A stretch of DNA of 64,000 nucleotides, from contig NMRA01000105.1 of assembly GCA_002633005.1 (NCBI GenBank), positions 598,010 to 662,009 on the forward strand. The letters are read 5' to 3'. Every line of letters begins with the position of its first letter. The stretch's first letter is position 1. The position numbers were made by a program, and so were the translations under genes. The notes under the pieces are model-generated. The model did no database searches. It was not told the DNA's origin and worked only from the letters and a program-made list of their open reading frames with translations. Origin of the DNA: Phoronis australis (lineage: Eukaryota > Animalia > Phoronida). This document shows positions 12,185-23,335 of this stretch, one piece after another.

Positions 12185-14488
12185 CAGGGCTCGACGCTAT
12201 TAAAATCGCCAGGTCGCATTTTGCGACCTATCCAGAATTCCAGGTCGCATTTCGAAAATCCAGCTCGCATTCATAAATGCCAGGTCGCAAAATTTTCCCG
12301 CCATTTTTACGCGTCAAAATTGATTTTAGATCATCGAGAAAATGTTTAGATTATGCTCTTTCCTGCCGCGTTAAATACTCACAAGTTTCTGATCCCAAAA
12401 CTGACTTCGTTCATGCAGGTACGGCGTTACTGTTCTTCACGACCGCCATTGAAAGTCTCTAGAGCGCAAGTCAAGTTCCCGACGTGAAAGTTGAATTAGT
12501 GCTCTCTAACTGACACGTGCATTCGAGTAGCTAAGTTTGCGATTTGAAAAGGGAGAAAATGCCCGTTGAAAAAGTATCCGGGATTTTGCTAGGTCTGACC
12601 TGCTACTGACTGTCATTTAAGTCGTTAAAAAAATCCGTGAAACGATGCTTTAACCGAATAAACATTTCAGTGCAAATTTCACAACAAAAATGTGGAACTT
12701 ATGCTGTTTACGTAATCAACAATTAGTTTTCCATGAAGTGAATAACCTTCAAATAATTTCCGACTCCCTCCATGCGAGTTTCCATCTGGTAATGGCAAGT
12801 TTGCTCAATACCTTCCAGGTACGGGAAAAATACATGTAGGTCAGTCAAAAAACGACACGCATGTCACTAGTGTTAACTTTCTTTCGGAGGTGTAAAACAA
12901 ATCCGGGATTTGGTTTTTACATATTGAGAAAAGACGTTTTTTGAAAACGGAATTTGTTGTGTAAAATGAGAGTAACACACCATATAGGCTGCGAGTCAAT
13001 TTTCAACCACGCGCGGTTGTTTGTAGTGCGATATGATGGGCGCTAGCCTAAACTGTGAGCGCTTAATTGGAAATTCTCAAAAGTTGAGGGGGAACGCTTA
13101 CTAGATCAGTGAGCGCTTACTGTGAAACACTTCAAAGGTAGAGAGTAGGCTTGTGCGTTAGCATATTCGTTAACCTGAGTGTTTGCGGTAATAAGATATT
13201 AAAAGACTACAATGGTAAGAAATGTTATAATAATACGATTTTGCGAGGCAAACTCCATCTGGTAGGGGTGACTTTCTGCATATCGTTACCACCTACACTG
13301 TACCCTTTTTAGTCACCAGGAATAATTTTGTTTTTAATTGCCCGCTTCAGCTGGAACATGATTATTTCTATTGGAGTCTGAACATTTTTACGGCGGNATC
13401 GAGTAGCTGGCTACGGGCATAGAATATAGGATTTAGAGAACATCGACCTCGAGAAACATCGGAACAGGAAAGTATCAGTTCTGGGTTACATCCGTCCCGG
13501 GGAATATCGTAAAGCCTCAGGTCTTTTATAACCGCCGGAAATATATGAGTTCATTTTCAAATAAACCATTGGCAACCGGGTGCTTAACAGAGCCAAGCCG
13601 GTGTACTCTGACTTTCATTTAGGACTGCCGCTGTTCTCTTTTGATGTGCAGCTTTGAAAACGGTGCGCACGCGTGAGTTCACGCACTTGAATCACTGGAA
13701 TAGGCCTACACTTTACGTTGGCAACAACGTACTGTGAAAAACAAATCATATTTCGCGCACGTAGCCCCAAAAACAAGTAGAAGGGTTTGAGAAGTTCTTG
13801 GCAACTGAAAGTGAAGATGTGATCTTTGTTTGGGGATTAATAGGTTGTCGTTTTCACTTTGGCTGTCTTATGGGATAAAAACGAGGCGCACATATCTATG
13901 TCACGATTGTCTTGTCGGGACCGCTTACACGCTAACGACGGGACCGACCAGTGCCACAGTGCGATATCAGGGATATTGTCGTGGATATTTGGTAAAGGTA
14001 ATAAGAACATAGTAAGCAAAAAAAACAAACATATTTGTCCACCACAAAGTTTGATAAGTTGATTGCTTAAGAATCAATAGAAATACCACTGTTTTGTGAA
14101 GTTTTATCAAGTGTTATGTGGCCCGAAACTTTCTTCGGCAAATCCGGAAATTTGCAAAAGTGGCCGAAAATGTTAGCCAATGAAACGCGTCAAAGATCGA
14201 TTTTGCATATCCCATGGTCACGCGACTTGCTTACAAGTCATCGGGAGGGCTGTTCTCAGTTAGTGGTCTTTTGAATTTGGATTTGGCAACAACCAAGTAA
14301 TGGTCGGATTAACAATAGTTGCTTTATTATTTGCCAGGTATCTGCCGAGAAGTGTAAAAACTCAGCTCACATTCGTTGGAAATTCCAGGTCGCATTTTTC
14401 AACTTGATACGAGCTGACAAAAATCTCAGCTCGCATTTCCAAATTTCAGGTCGCAAATGCGACCTGCAGCTCGTTATGTCGAGCCCTG
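12185..14488. mobile_element. non-autonomous hAT-like DNA transposon
   Basis: TIRs CAGGGCTCGAC / GTCGAGCCCTG with repeated subterminal GGTCGCA motifs at both ends; no transposase ORF; no clear 8-bp TSD; n at 13397. Confidence 0.7.
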
Positions 14489-16866
14489 CATTGCAATGCC
14501 AAATTTGTTGAATATTCAGGTTGAATAAACAGCAAAAACTTTGGAAACTGATCCAAGTTATAGCATGCATGACATTTGATACATGTACACAATTCAAGAT
14601 GGCTATTTGTTTCATTTACATGAAGTTCCAGTTTTATTCAGTTTGATGACTACATTAAACCCATTCATAGTTCAATGGCGTAGTTATGTAATGACTGTTT
14701 ACAAGGGTAGCATATTAACCAGTGTCAAACAGATATATACTGAAATGTGGCCATGACATTTGTGCCAAGTCCTGGAGTTGTATGGCTTTGACATGGACTG
14801 CATTTCACCATTAACATTTGCGTCAGTTGTAAAGAGTTAGGACTCAAGCTGATTTTTCTAACTGCAGGACAATTCTGTCATTGTTATGTTGAAAAGTAAT
14901 ATCAGTTAATGGATATTTCAATTTAATTTGTACTTTGGCATAGCAAACCATTAAACCAATAAATAAGCGAATGTTAGAAGCTTTAAGTTCTGATTTTTCT
15001 GAAAATTATTGAAGTCACACTGAGGAAGTTCTCAATATCATTTAACATAAGTTTTGTGTTAACGTTAGTTGTGTAATTATTGACTAGTAAACAACTATGA
15101 CTTAAAAATGAAGAATAAAGATTGGGTGTTCAAACTGAAATCGCAGTCTTATTTTAGTGAAACCTCTGTTCCTTCTCTTTTGACACTTGCTTAGTTGGCT
15201 GTACTTTAATTCACAGTAGCATTTTGAAACATATTTAAATGATTTAAAATGCTCAAACTTTTTAAGTTAAAATGTTATAATTTCATCAAGTTAAACAGTT
15301 CTTGCCTTATATCATTTAAAACATTTTAAAACTTATATTGCATTTAAATCAGTATGTTTAAGTTAAAAAACGTTTTCAATTCGTCGTGTGAAAGGAAAAT
15401 GTTTTAGCAAGACTGTTTAACGTGGCACACACAAGTATAACTGGTGTTTTCTACTGAAAAAGAATGAACGCCCTCGTACTGGTGCTGAATGATGTCACAT
15501 GACACTTAATATATGAGTTTAGTAAACATTTCGTGTGACAATTGGCCACCGGTGCTCAACACTTAAAAAACATTTTAGTGATATCAAGTTTGTTGTGTGA
15601 ACATAACACATTTTTCATTTAAAAGGTTTTAGCTAGAGCATTTTAATTACACATAACTAGAACATTTTAATTACAGACTTCATGTTCGTGTGAATCCATA
15701 AATTTTGGCACTTCAACTGCTAAGTTATACTGCCATTCAATCAATAGGCAATTATCCTTGACAGGTAACTCAAGAACTGTTTACCTTCCTCCAACTTTTG
15801 TCTAGCTCACTGTTTGGCTAATCTGGTGTTTGCTGGTATCGAAGACTATGTGATATTTATCATGGTTCTAATATGACAAATGACTGGTTTGGTGCTATGA
15901 TTTTCATGCTTGAAATAAACTATTGGAAATTGATATTGCAATGTAATTTTCGTTCCCAAGCCACGTTTGTATATATTCCAAACAAGAGGGTACAAAATGT
16001 TCTTTTAAGAACATCTTAAAAGACGTTACGAGCGAAGACATGCTGAGCTCAGAAAGTAAATTCTCGCCAGTTTTGGAGATGTACTAGAAGACAATAAAAA
16101 TTTTAATAAATCACTTTTTTCATGACAGTTGCATCATACTTAAATCACCACTCAAGCTTCACCCCTGATCCTAGAACGATCAAGTATGTATAAAACATCT
16201 GCCAAGCTTAGAGTTTAAATGCCTCTAGTCTTTTCCATTCCACATCACTACAATAATCTGTGGTGAGGTTAATCCAGAAGCAGGTGATTCTTGGTGACAT
16301 TCCCCAAGTAGACCCTTAGGGACTATCTGTAAGTAATTTCTGGTAGTTTGAAAAAATTGGACACACACTTTGATATTAGAAGCCCTTGGAAAATAAACAA
16401 GGACAAATTGGCTATGATTTTCTGTTTTTACTGTCCATGGTGTGGTATCAGGTAGAACTGCGTGCTGTGATATTGCAAGAAGCTCGCACTGTGAATGTAT
16501 TATCACAACATCTGTGTGTAAACCGGGAATGAACTGTTCCATTTGCGTCATAAGCATTCCTCCAAGGTATGGTCATGGCATTGCACATATCAACAAAACC
16601 CTCTTGGGTATTGGGTGAGAATGGTGAAGTAAATCAAGCATACATTCGATTGAATTCACCTTTGTATGACTCAGTAGTTGTATGTATAGTTTGTTTACAC
16701 CTAGTCTGGAAGGAAAGCTTTGTACCAGAACTGTGGTGTCACCATATGTAAAGCTCTGATTTGGAAAGGACAATGAGCTAAGCTGAGCTCATTGGAAAGG
16801 ATGAGGGAACAATTAAAGCAGTGAGAAATGCTGATGACAACATAGGATTTTTGGTGCAAGTAAAAA

Positions 16867-17108
16867 ACGGTAAAATCTCACCAGTTTAGTACACAATATG
16901 GCGGACAAGTGAAATTTTATGTCTTCATTTTTTAATAAAAGATAAGTAGCACCAAATAAATGCTGTACCATTTTAAATGTCTATGCCGTAGCTACCTTCA
17001 GACAATGTTTGCAGTATTACTGTGAACATTCAAAACAATATCAGAAGCATTTGGAAAATGACCAATTTTGGCAATTATTGTTGTTCGAAATAGGTGAGAT
17101 TTTATCGT
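16867..17108. mobile_element. MITE of a family recurring in the window (related ends near 7600, 46350, 59380, 63750)
   Basis: ACGGTAAAATCTCACC ... GGTGAGATTTTATCGT; shared motif acacaatatggcggacaag in the other copies. Confidence 0.65.
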
Positions 17109-17696
17109 ACAAGGCATGACATAGCAGCAAAGGGTACTGTAAAAGTTGTGGTACTGGCCACCACTCTGTGTGGAATGTGATCTTTGGTCATGTACTGCCC
17201 TTCATAGGCTTTGTGCCTCGGGGGGGGGGGGGGGGGGGNGTCTCCATATTTGAAAGGGTGCTGTTGCGCGTCCTTAATCCAGACCAAGGCAAGACCTGGG
17301 CAGCTGGTAAACTGAGTATCTGAAAAATATCAAATGATGGAAAACTTTTCATGAGCCAATATCACTGGAACTGCATAGCACTGCCTTGAAAATAAACATA
17401 TTATATGTACAAAAGTTACAAAAGACATCCGATTTTGTTTTCTCGGGAATGGAAAAATAATGTCACAGTAGAAGATTCACTCTGGATTCACTTTGCCCTT
17501 TTGCTCTTGAGTTTTCAGTAAAATTATGGTGATTGGGGAATCTCAGTTAATTGGGAACATATGATGATCAACAAATGAAATTTAATTTCTTGATCAGAAA
17601 GATAAGACTGTAGCCCCAAATGAACTACCACCAGATATTTTTGAGAAATGCTGGTCAACCCTTACTACGTTTTCCAGAATTGACCACATTTTAGTA

Positions 17697-17855
17697 CCGT
17701 AATCGTTTGGGTTAACGCCCTGGGCGGTTAAATTGGCGAACCCAAAAAATCGGGGGAGGGCGGTTAACCGAGCAGTGGGCGGTTAAATCGGAAATCCACT
17801 TAAAGTCGGGGATGGGCAGTTAACTGAACATGGGCGTTAACCCGAACGATTACGG
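17697..17855. mobile_element. Tc1/mariner-pogo-type MITE
   Basis: TA|CCGTAATCGTTTGGGTTAACGCCC ... GGGCGTTAACCCGAACGATTACGG|TA; related copy at ~57950-58109. Confidence 0.8.
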
Positions 17856-18167
17856 TAGCTTGTTAGGGAGCGTTTACGAATGGGTGACATTTAGTTCATG
17901 TAAAAACTCTCCAATTTCTTGACAATCCCAAAATGAGCCTTTTTCATTTTCAAGGGCGTCTAATGTTGTTGTCAATGCCCAGAAATTTTCAAAACTTCGT
18001 CTGATAATAGCTGTGGTACAAAATGGAAAAACAGTCGATTTGGCGCTGCATATATTGTATGGAAAAAATGATGAAGTGAGATTTCACGTGTCGGCCATGT
18101 TGTTTACTAAACTGGAGAGATTTTAGTGTACCAAGTGTGGATTGTAATAACACTTTATTGTTTCTAG

Positions 18168-19061
18168 GTGGACGACTTTCCGGATTTTCTGCAAGGAGAT
18201 GAGCGTAAGAATACAATGCATATAGTCCTCACTGTATGGACGGAGGATGTCAGGAAGGTGCGCTCCAAAAAAACGGAACGTGCAGGCTCGCCCTTGACGA
18301 CCTCCAATGACCTCTCCCCTAGAGACCTCCACCATTCGCAGTCAGTTCCTGGCATTCTGGACCACAGGGACTTACAGTCTGAATACAGAAGCCGGTCTGC
18401 AAGTTTCGACAGACTGCAGCTGTCTTCAACGTCCAGTCGCAAGTCATCCTCTTCTTCGTTACAATCCCCGAGATCGCCGAGAACGCCTCGTAAATCTCCG
18501 ACACCGTCTCCTAATTCAAACGGTAGTTCGAGTTACGATGAAGCGACACTAAGGCGGTCCCTTAAAGACGACGAACTATCGAATGAGTCGGGTGAGGAGG
18601 ATTCGTTAAGTCTTTCAAAATCAATGCCTTCTGTTCAGTTGAGAAAAATGCAAATTAACAATAATGGTAGCTCCGAATTACAGACTCCTAAACGTCAAAA
18701 GTCACACGAAGATGCTAGTCAGAAGTCTGCCAGTTCACGGCCATTACCACAAAGACCGGAGAATGACCGACAGAAGCAGGTGGCTGCGTTGAATTCACAT
18801 AACAAAAATGAGCTTAAGCTTAACCTTGACCTTGGAGATCTGGATATGGAAGGAGGGGACAATGCATTATCAGTGCCAACCATTGCTAGGAGACGCAGCC
18901 ATAACTCCGAAGTAGACGAAACCGACAGTAGGGGGAGCTGTGAAGATCTGGACGGAGTGGAAAGTGCCAAGCGTAAAAAGAGTGTCATCCATATCTATAT
19001 GTTGAAGTCATCGTCACCCATGTTCATGTTGTTTATGTCAGCCTGGAAGAACTATCTTATA
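18168..19061 (+). CDS. C12orf56: C12orf56-like exon 2 (894 nt, phase 0-0), Ser/Pro/Arg-rich linker
   Basis: tttctag acceptor, ATA|gtaagt donor; VDDFPDFLQGDERKNTMHI... and KKSVIHIYMLKSSSPMFMLFMSAWKNYLI match recalled C12orf56 motifs (IDDYPEFLSSPDREISQHI; ESELHLYVISTTSSIFLHLKSSWNNYII). Confidence 0.92.
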
Positions 19062-19145
19062 GTAAGTGATAGATCTGTTGTTATGTTCCATGTTTGCGAT
19101 AAAAGTAGATTTACCGTTACATCGTTTCAGCAGTTGCATGGTTAT

Positions 19146-20731
19146 AGACCTAACTCCCACGGCGGACATTAAAATGCAAAGCGAGGCTCACTGCGATAAA
19201 CAAAGCAGAGGTTGACATTGCGTGAGTCAAATGGCCGGTCTTTTGAGTCCAACCAGGGTATCAAAATCTTAAAAATATGTCAATGATTAACCACAGAGAC
19301 GTAGAAAAATATATTAGAGAACAAGTCAATGCACCAAAGATTTGTCTGGCGGAAGGGTATAATTTTTTTGTCGGAAAACTAGGTTCGAAACATGAAAAGT
19401 AAATATTACCAAACTGCGGCGATCGTAGTGTTACGGGTTAGGTATTATGCTGAATGCAGGGTTGCGTTGTAAATTGCTGATAAAATGTTTTCTATACAAA
19501 TCAGGTCATCTGTTTGTACTGTTGACGAGTTGAAGATATATTCGACAGTGGTGGCTCATCGCATTTTTCAGTCGTGTGCAATTAGTCACAACAGGTTTAA
19601 TTTGTTGATACATCAAGCACAGCCTAGACCCTGGTGAGGTAGGGCTTACCTGACAGTTAATTTGTGATTGAACTGAAAGAATAACTGATTTTATTAAATA
19701 AATTTTTTATGAAAATAAAAAACCAGGCTCGTATTTGAAAATAAAAATTATTTGACCATTTTTTAAATTTTGAAAAGAAAATTAAAAAGGAGCACAGCCC
19801 TAGAAATCGCTTTGAATTCGCATTATATTCAGGTTCTCATTCACTCCCTTGCACACATTCACAAGTTGTTATTTGACCATAAATTCTGCTTTCTTGGTTT
19901 TAATAATTCTTACCTCGGTCTATTTCATGTGTTATAGGTTCGAAATATCAAACCTGGACCAAGTTGAATTTTAAAATTAAAACACCTGTTTTGTTCGTCC
20001 TAAGCATAACCTCGGTTTAGAGCTCAATTTCAGTTACCTGAACAGAGTAAGCATAGTTATCATGTTTCTTCAGGTGCCTCGTTCATGAAAGGGGAAAGGT
20101 GCATGGACGGCGCACCATAGGGGGCTGGCGGGCTATAGCCCCCCCACTTTTTTCAGTGCTACGCCGCACGTGGTCTAGAGGTTGTGCACCACAAGGGGGC
20201 TGAAGGGGCTTTAGCCCCCCCACTTTTTTCAGTGCAGCGCCGCCCATGAGGTGCCTGTGCTTTCCAGTTCTGAGAGGGGAATTTTTTCGCCGAGTAATAG
20301 GAAAAATCTACCTCCTCTCATGGGCTCTGCCTCAAGTAGCATTTTGTGCTCTTTCAAATTGTCCCTGTCCTTTTTGGAAAGAAAAATGCATTATCTTTCA
20401 ACCCGTAGTCATGAAAACACAGCCTGACTGGCCGAAGAATCTCCGGTTGTTAACCGAGATGCGACAACTAAATATGATCTACTTGTAACTTTTCGAAATA
20501 AACATTTATAAAGTTTAAACAGACCTCCTATTTTCTTTCGTCGCTGCGTATAGCATGCGACCCAACGCTTCCGAATCTCAACGTCCTTAGGGATTGTAAA
20601 ACAGACGGTTGAATGTCTGTATTTTTCTAGCCGTTCGAGCAACGTGGAATGCAACTATGCCGAAAAGCCAACTAAGCTATCGTAGCGAGCCTAGTTTTGA
20701 AACGCGCCTCCTGTCGGCGTGAATTAGGTCT
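19146..20731. mobile_element. TIR element (PIF/Harbinger-like ends) carrying a decayed THAP-like sequence
   Basis: Ends AGACCTAACTC / GAATTAGGTCT; minus strand ~20440-20660 gives CIPRCSNG and FTIPKDVEIRKRWV (THAP-like), frameshifted. Confidence 0.55.
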
Positions 20732-21772
20732 ATTTACTTTCAATTTGACCTGTTATCAATCACCAAACTAAATACTTGAGACTCGACTTTAAAATTGACC
20801 ACTCCCATGGCATGAAATCTTAAAGTTTTCTTGAAGAATTCTAAGGGATTGGTCAATCTTATAGTCAAGTTTTAGTGTAGTCTCACATCCTGGTTGGCAT
20901 ATAATTGTATTGTTTTGTCTTGTTTGGTTTTTTAAAATCGTTGTTCTGCATGACCTGTTTTAAAGTTTCACATCATCTCTTTGCTGGCATTTTAGACAAA
21001 AGGTGCTCTCATTGTTAACAAAATACGATAAGTGCTTTAAAATGGGCTGTTCATTGCTGTTTGAGTGCATCAGGAGTCTGTTTCATGAAATTGACTGAAG
21101 ACTTAAGACAGAAATTTGGACTTACGCTCCCGACCCATTTGAGTTCTCGCATATAGAACACTACGGTCGAGTAAGTTCTAAATCGCCATGTTGGAATCTG
21201 GATGATGGATTTATGTCTCTTGTCTGTCTCGTAATCAGCCGATCACTAAGACTTTCATTATTTTTTGACAGCACAAGCTAAAGATTTGCCTTTCCAGAGA
21301 TATTCCTGGACTGCGCCTTTGCGCCATTTGCGCATCAAAATAAGAAGGCACAAGTACATTGCAGCAGTGTGCCCCCGGGCACATTTTTTAAATCGCAATA
21401 CTCTTTCAAAAATGCAAGGTCCTAGTTAGGGTACAGCCATTCGGGTAAAACATGACAGTTCTCATTTCGATTGCCCTTGATGTTTCTGTTTCATATGTTA
21501 CCACTTTAATTACCACTAAGTCTGCTGAGCACAACCATTTGAAAAAAGGCACACTTTTTATCATCAGGTGCACCTGCCCAGGTCAAACTTTGAAAATTCA
21601 TTTTTTACTTGAAATCTGGAATTTATACCCATGTGTGTAGCTCGAATATACATCAAGTGTGAACTTGGACTGAACGGAAAATGCCAAATGTAATTTGGAG
21701 TACAAATATTAGACCTCAAATTGCTGCACGTGGCTTTCGAGTTTTCGCTCTATGTATGTGGGTTCTTTCTAG

Positions 21773-21840
21773 CATTCCACCCTTGTGGTTGACCAAGCCT
21801 TTGCTGACCGATTGCAAACATCTCCAAGAAGAATTCTCAG
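21773..21840 (+). CDS. C12orf56: C12orf56-like exon 3, copy A (68 nt, phase 0-2)
   Basis: ttctttctag|CAT TCC ACC CTT GTG GTT GAC CAA...ATT CTC AG|gtgggt = HSTLVVDQAFADRLQTSPRRIL(S); supplies the phase needed between exons 2 and 4 and resembles KATLLQDPFY of the human protein. Confidence 0.75.
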
Positions 21841-23267
21841 GTGGGTAAAGGATAGACATCCTCTGGAAAGATTGCATGCGACTATCTTACTAGTGACATG
21901 ATATTGATATTGCTTAGTGGGTTATGAAATCTCTCAAATGACTATTGGCATGCATTTTGTTCTAGACAAATTTAAAATACTTAGTTTTAGCTTCTGGACT
22001 CGTTACTACTGGTATTTTCTTAAAAATGTTAAATAAATCTGGTGTCCTGTAAGCAGGAAACAGAATTAGTCAGGTTTAAAGTTGAAATCACACCTTTTCT
22101 TTCGTGCCAGAATTCATATTGAGTAATCGCCCAAGGGTGCGTTTTTGTGTTATTTGATGCGGCCAAGCTAAAACACATTTGATTTGTTGATTCGTCGGCT
22201 TGGACGCAAGTTTTGTTAGTTATAGGACTCAACTATAATAACAGAAATGGCAAGCATCTGTTCTGTTAATTGGTTATCAGGTAATTTTCGTTCAGAAAAA
22301 CACCTGTACTTTTTACCATTACTTTTTTCTGCTTTTGCCCTGTGCCAGTATAACAATTTTAAGACTGTTTTTGGTACCCAAAAAAACCGAAATGTACCCA
22401 AACAATTGTGGAATGTGGCCCACTGGACCCCAGTGCTTGGAGGTGTAGGACAAGAACTACATACTAGATGTCAATGCTAATGTAACGACTTCTCAGTTTG
22501 TCTAATTGAACCCAATAGATCGTGTTTTACAAAGTTATATTGAAGCACATGTTTGTTGGAGTTCGGCAATTAAATGATAACTTTGACTTGTAGGAATCAC
22601 TACTCCAATTGTAGGTGGGTGACATATTGCATTTAATTGTAGTCCTTTCTTTCTTAAGTTCTTTCAAGTTTGCATCGACTCTTTTGTCAAAAACTTCCCG
22701 AGGTCTTCTTGCTTCTGTCTTTCTCCACCCCAATAATTACCTCAAGATATGTTTTTTTTGATGTTTCAGTAANCAAGCTAAAGATTTGCCTTTCCAGAGA
22801 TATTCCTGGACTGCGCTTTTGCGCCATTAGCGCATCAAAATAAGAAGGTACAAGTACATTGCAGCAGTGTGCCCCCCGGGCGCATTTTTTAAATCGCAAT
22901 ACTCTTTCAAAAATGCAAGGTCCTAGTCAGCGTACAGCCATTCGGGTAAAACATGACTCAGTTCTCATTTCGATTGCCCTTGGTGTTTCTGTTATATGTT
23001 ACCACTAAGTCTGCTGGGCACAACCATTTGAAAAAAGGCACACTTTTTATCATCAGGTGTACCTGCCCAGGTCCAAACTTTGAAAATTCATTGTTTTACT
23101 CGAAACCTGGAATTTATACCCATGTGTGTAGCTCGAATATACATCAAGTGTGAACTTGGACTGAACGGAAAATGCCAAATATAATTTGGAGTACAAACGA
23201 ATATAAGACCCCTAATCGCTGCACATGGCTTTCGAGTTTTCACTCTATATATGTGGGTTCTTTCTAG

Positions 23268-23335
23268 CATTCCACCCTTGTGGTTGACCAAGCCTTTGCT
23301 GACCGATTGCAAACATCTCCAAGAAGAATTCTCAG
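23268..23335 (+). CDS. C12orf56: C12orf56-like exon 3, copy B (identical to copy A)
   Basis: Same 68-nt exon and splice sites inside the second unit of the 1.5-kb duplication. Confidence 0.7.

Noticed and set aside
19062-19172. C-terminal extension of the 334-aa ORF (VSDRSVVMFHV...)
   Set aside because: Read-through into the intron past the gtaagt donor at 19062; family similarity ends at WKNYLI.
21170-21185. 14-nt tag|AACACTACGGTCGA|gtaagt as exon 3
   Set aside because: Phase fits, but the pyrimidine tract is poor and there is no similarity; the 68-nt exon matches the family much better.
22029-22899. Short ORFs in the duplicated unit as a YqaJ/SWIM transposon remnant
   Set aside because: No coherent motif set in any frame; the only supported coding piece in the unit is the 68-nt exon.
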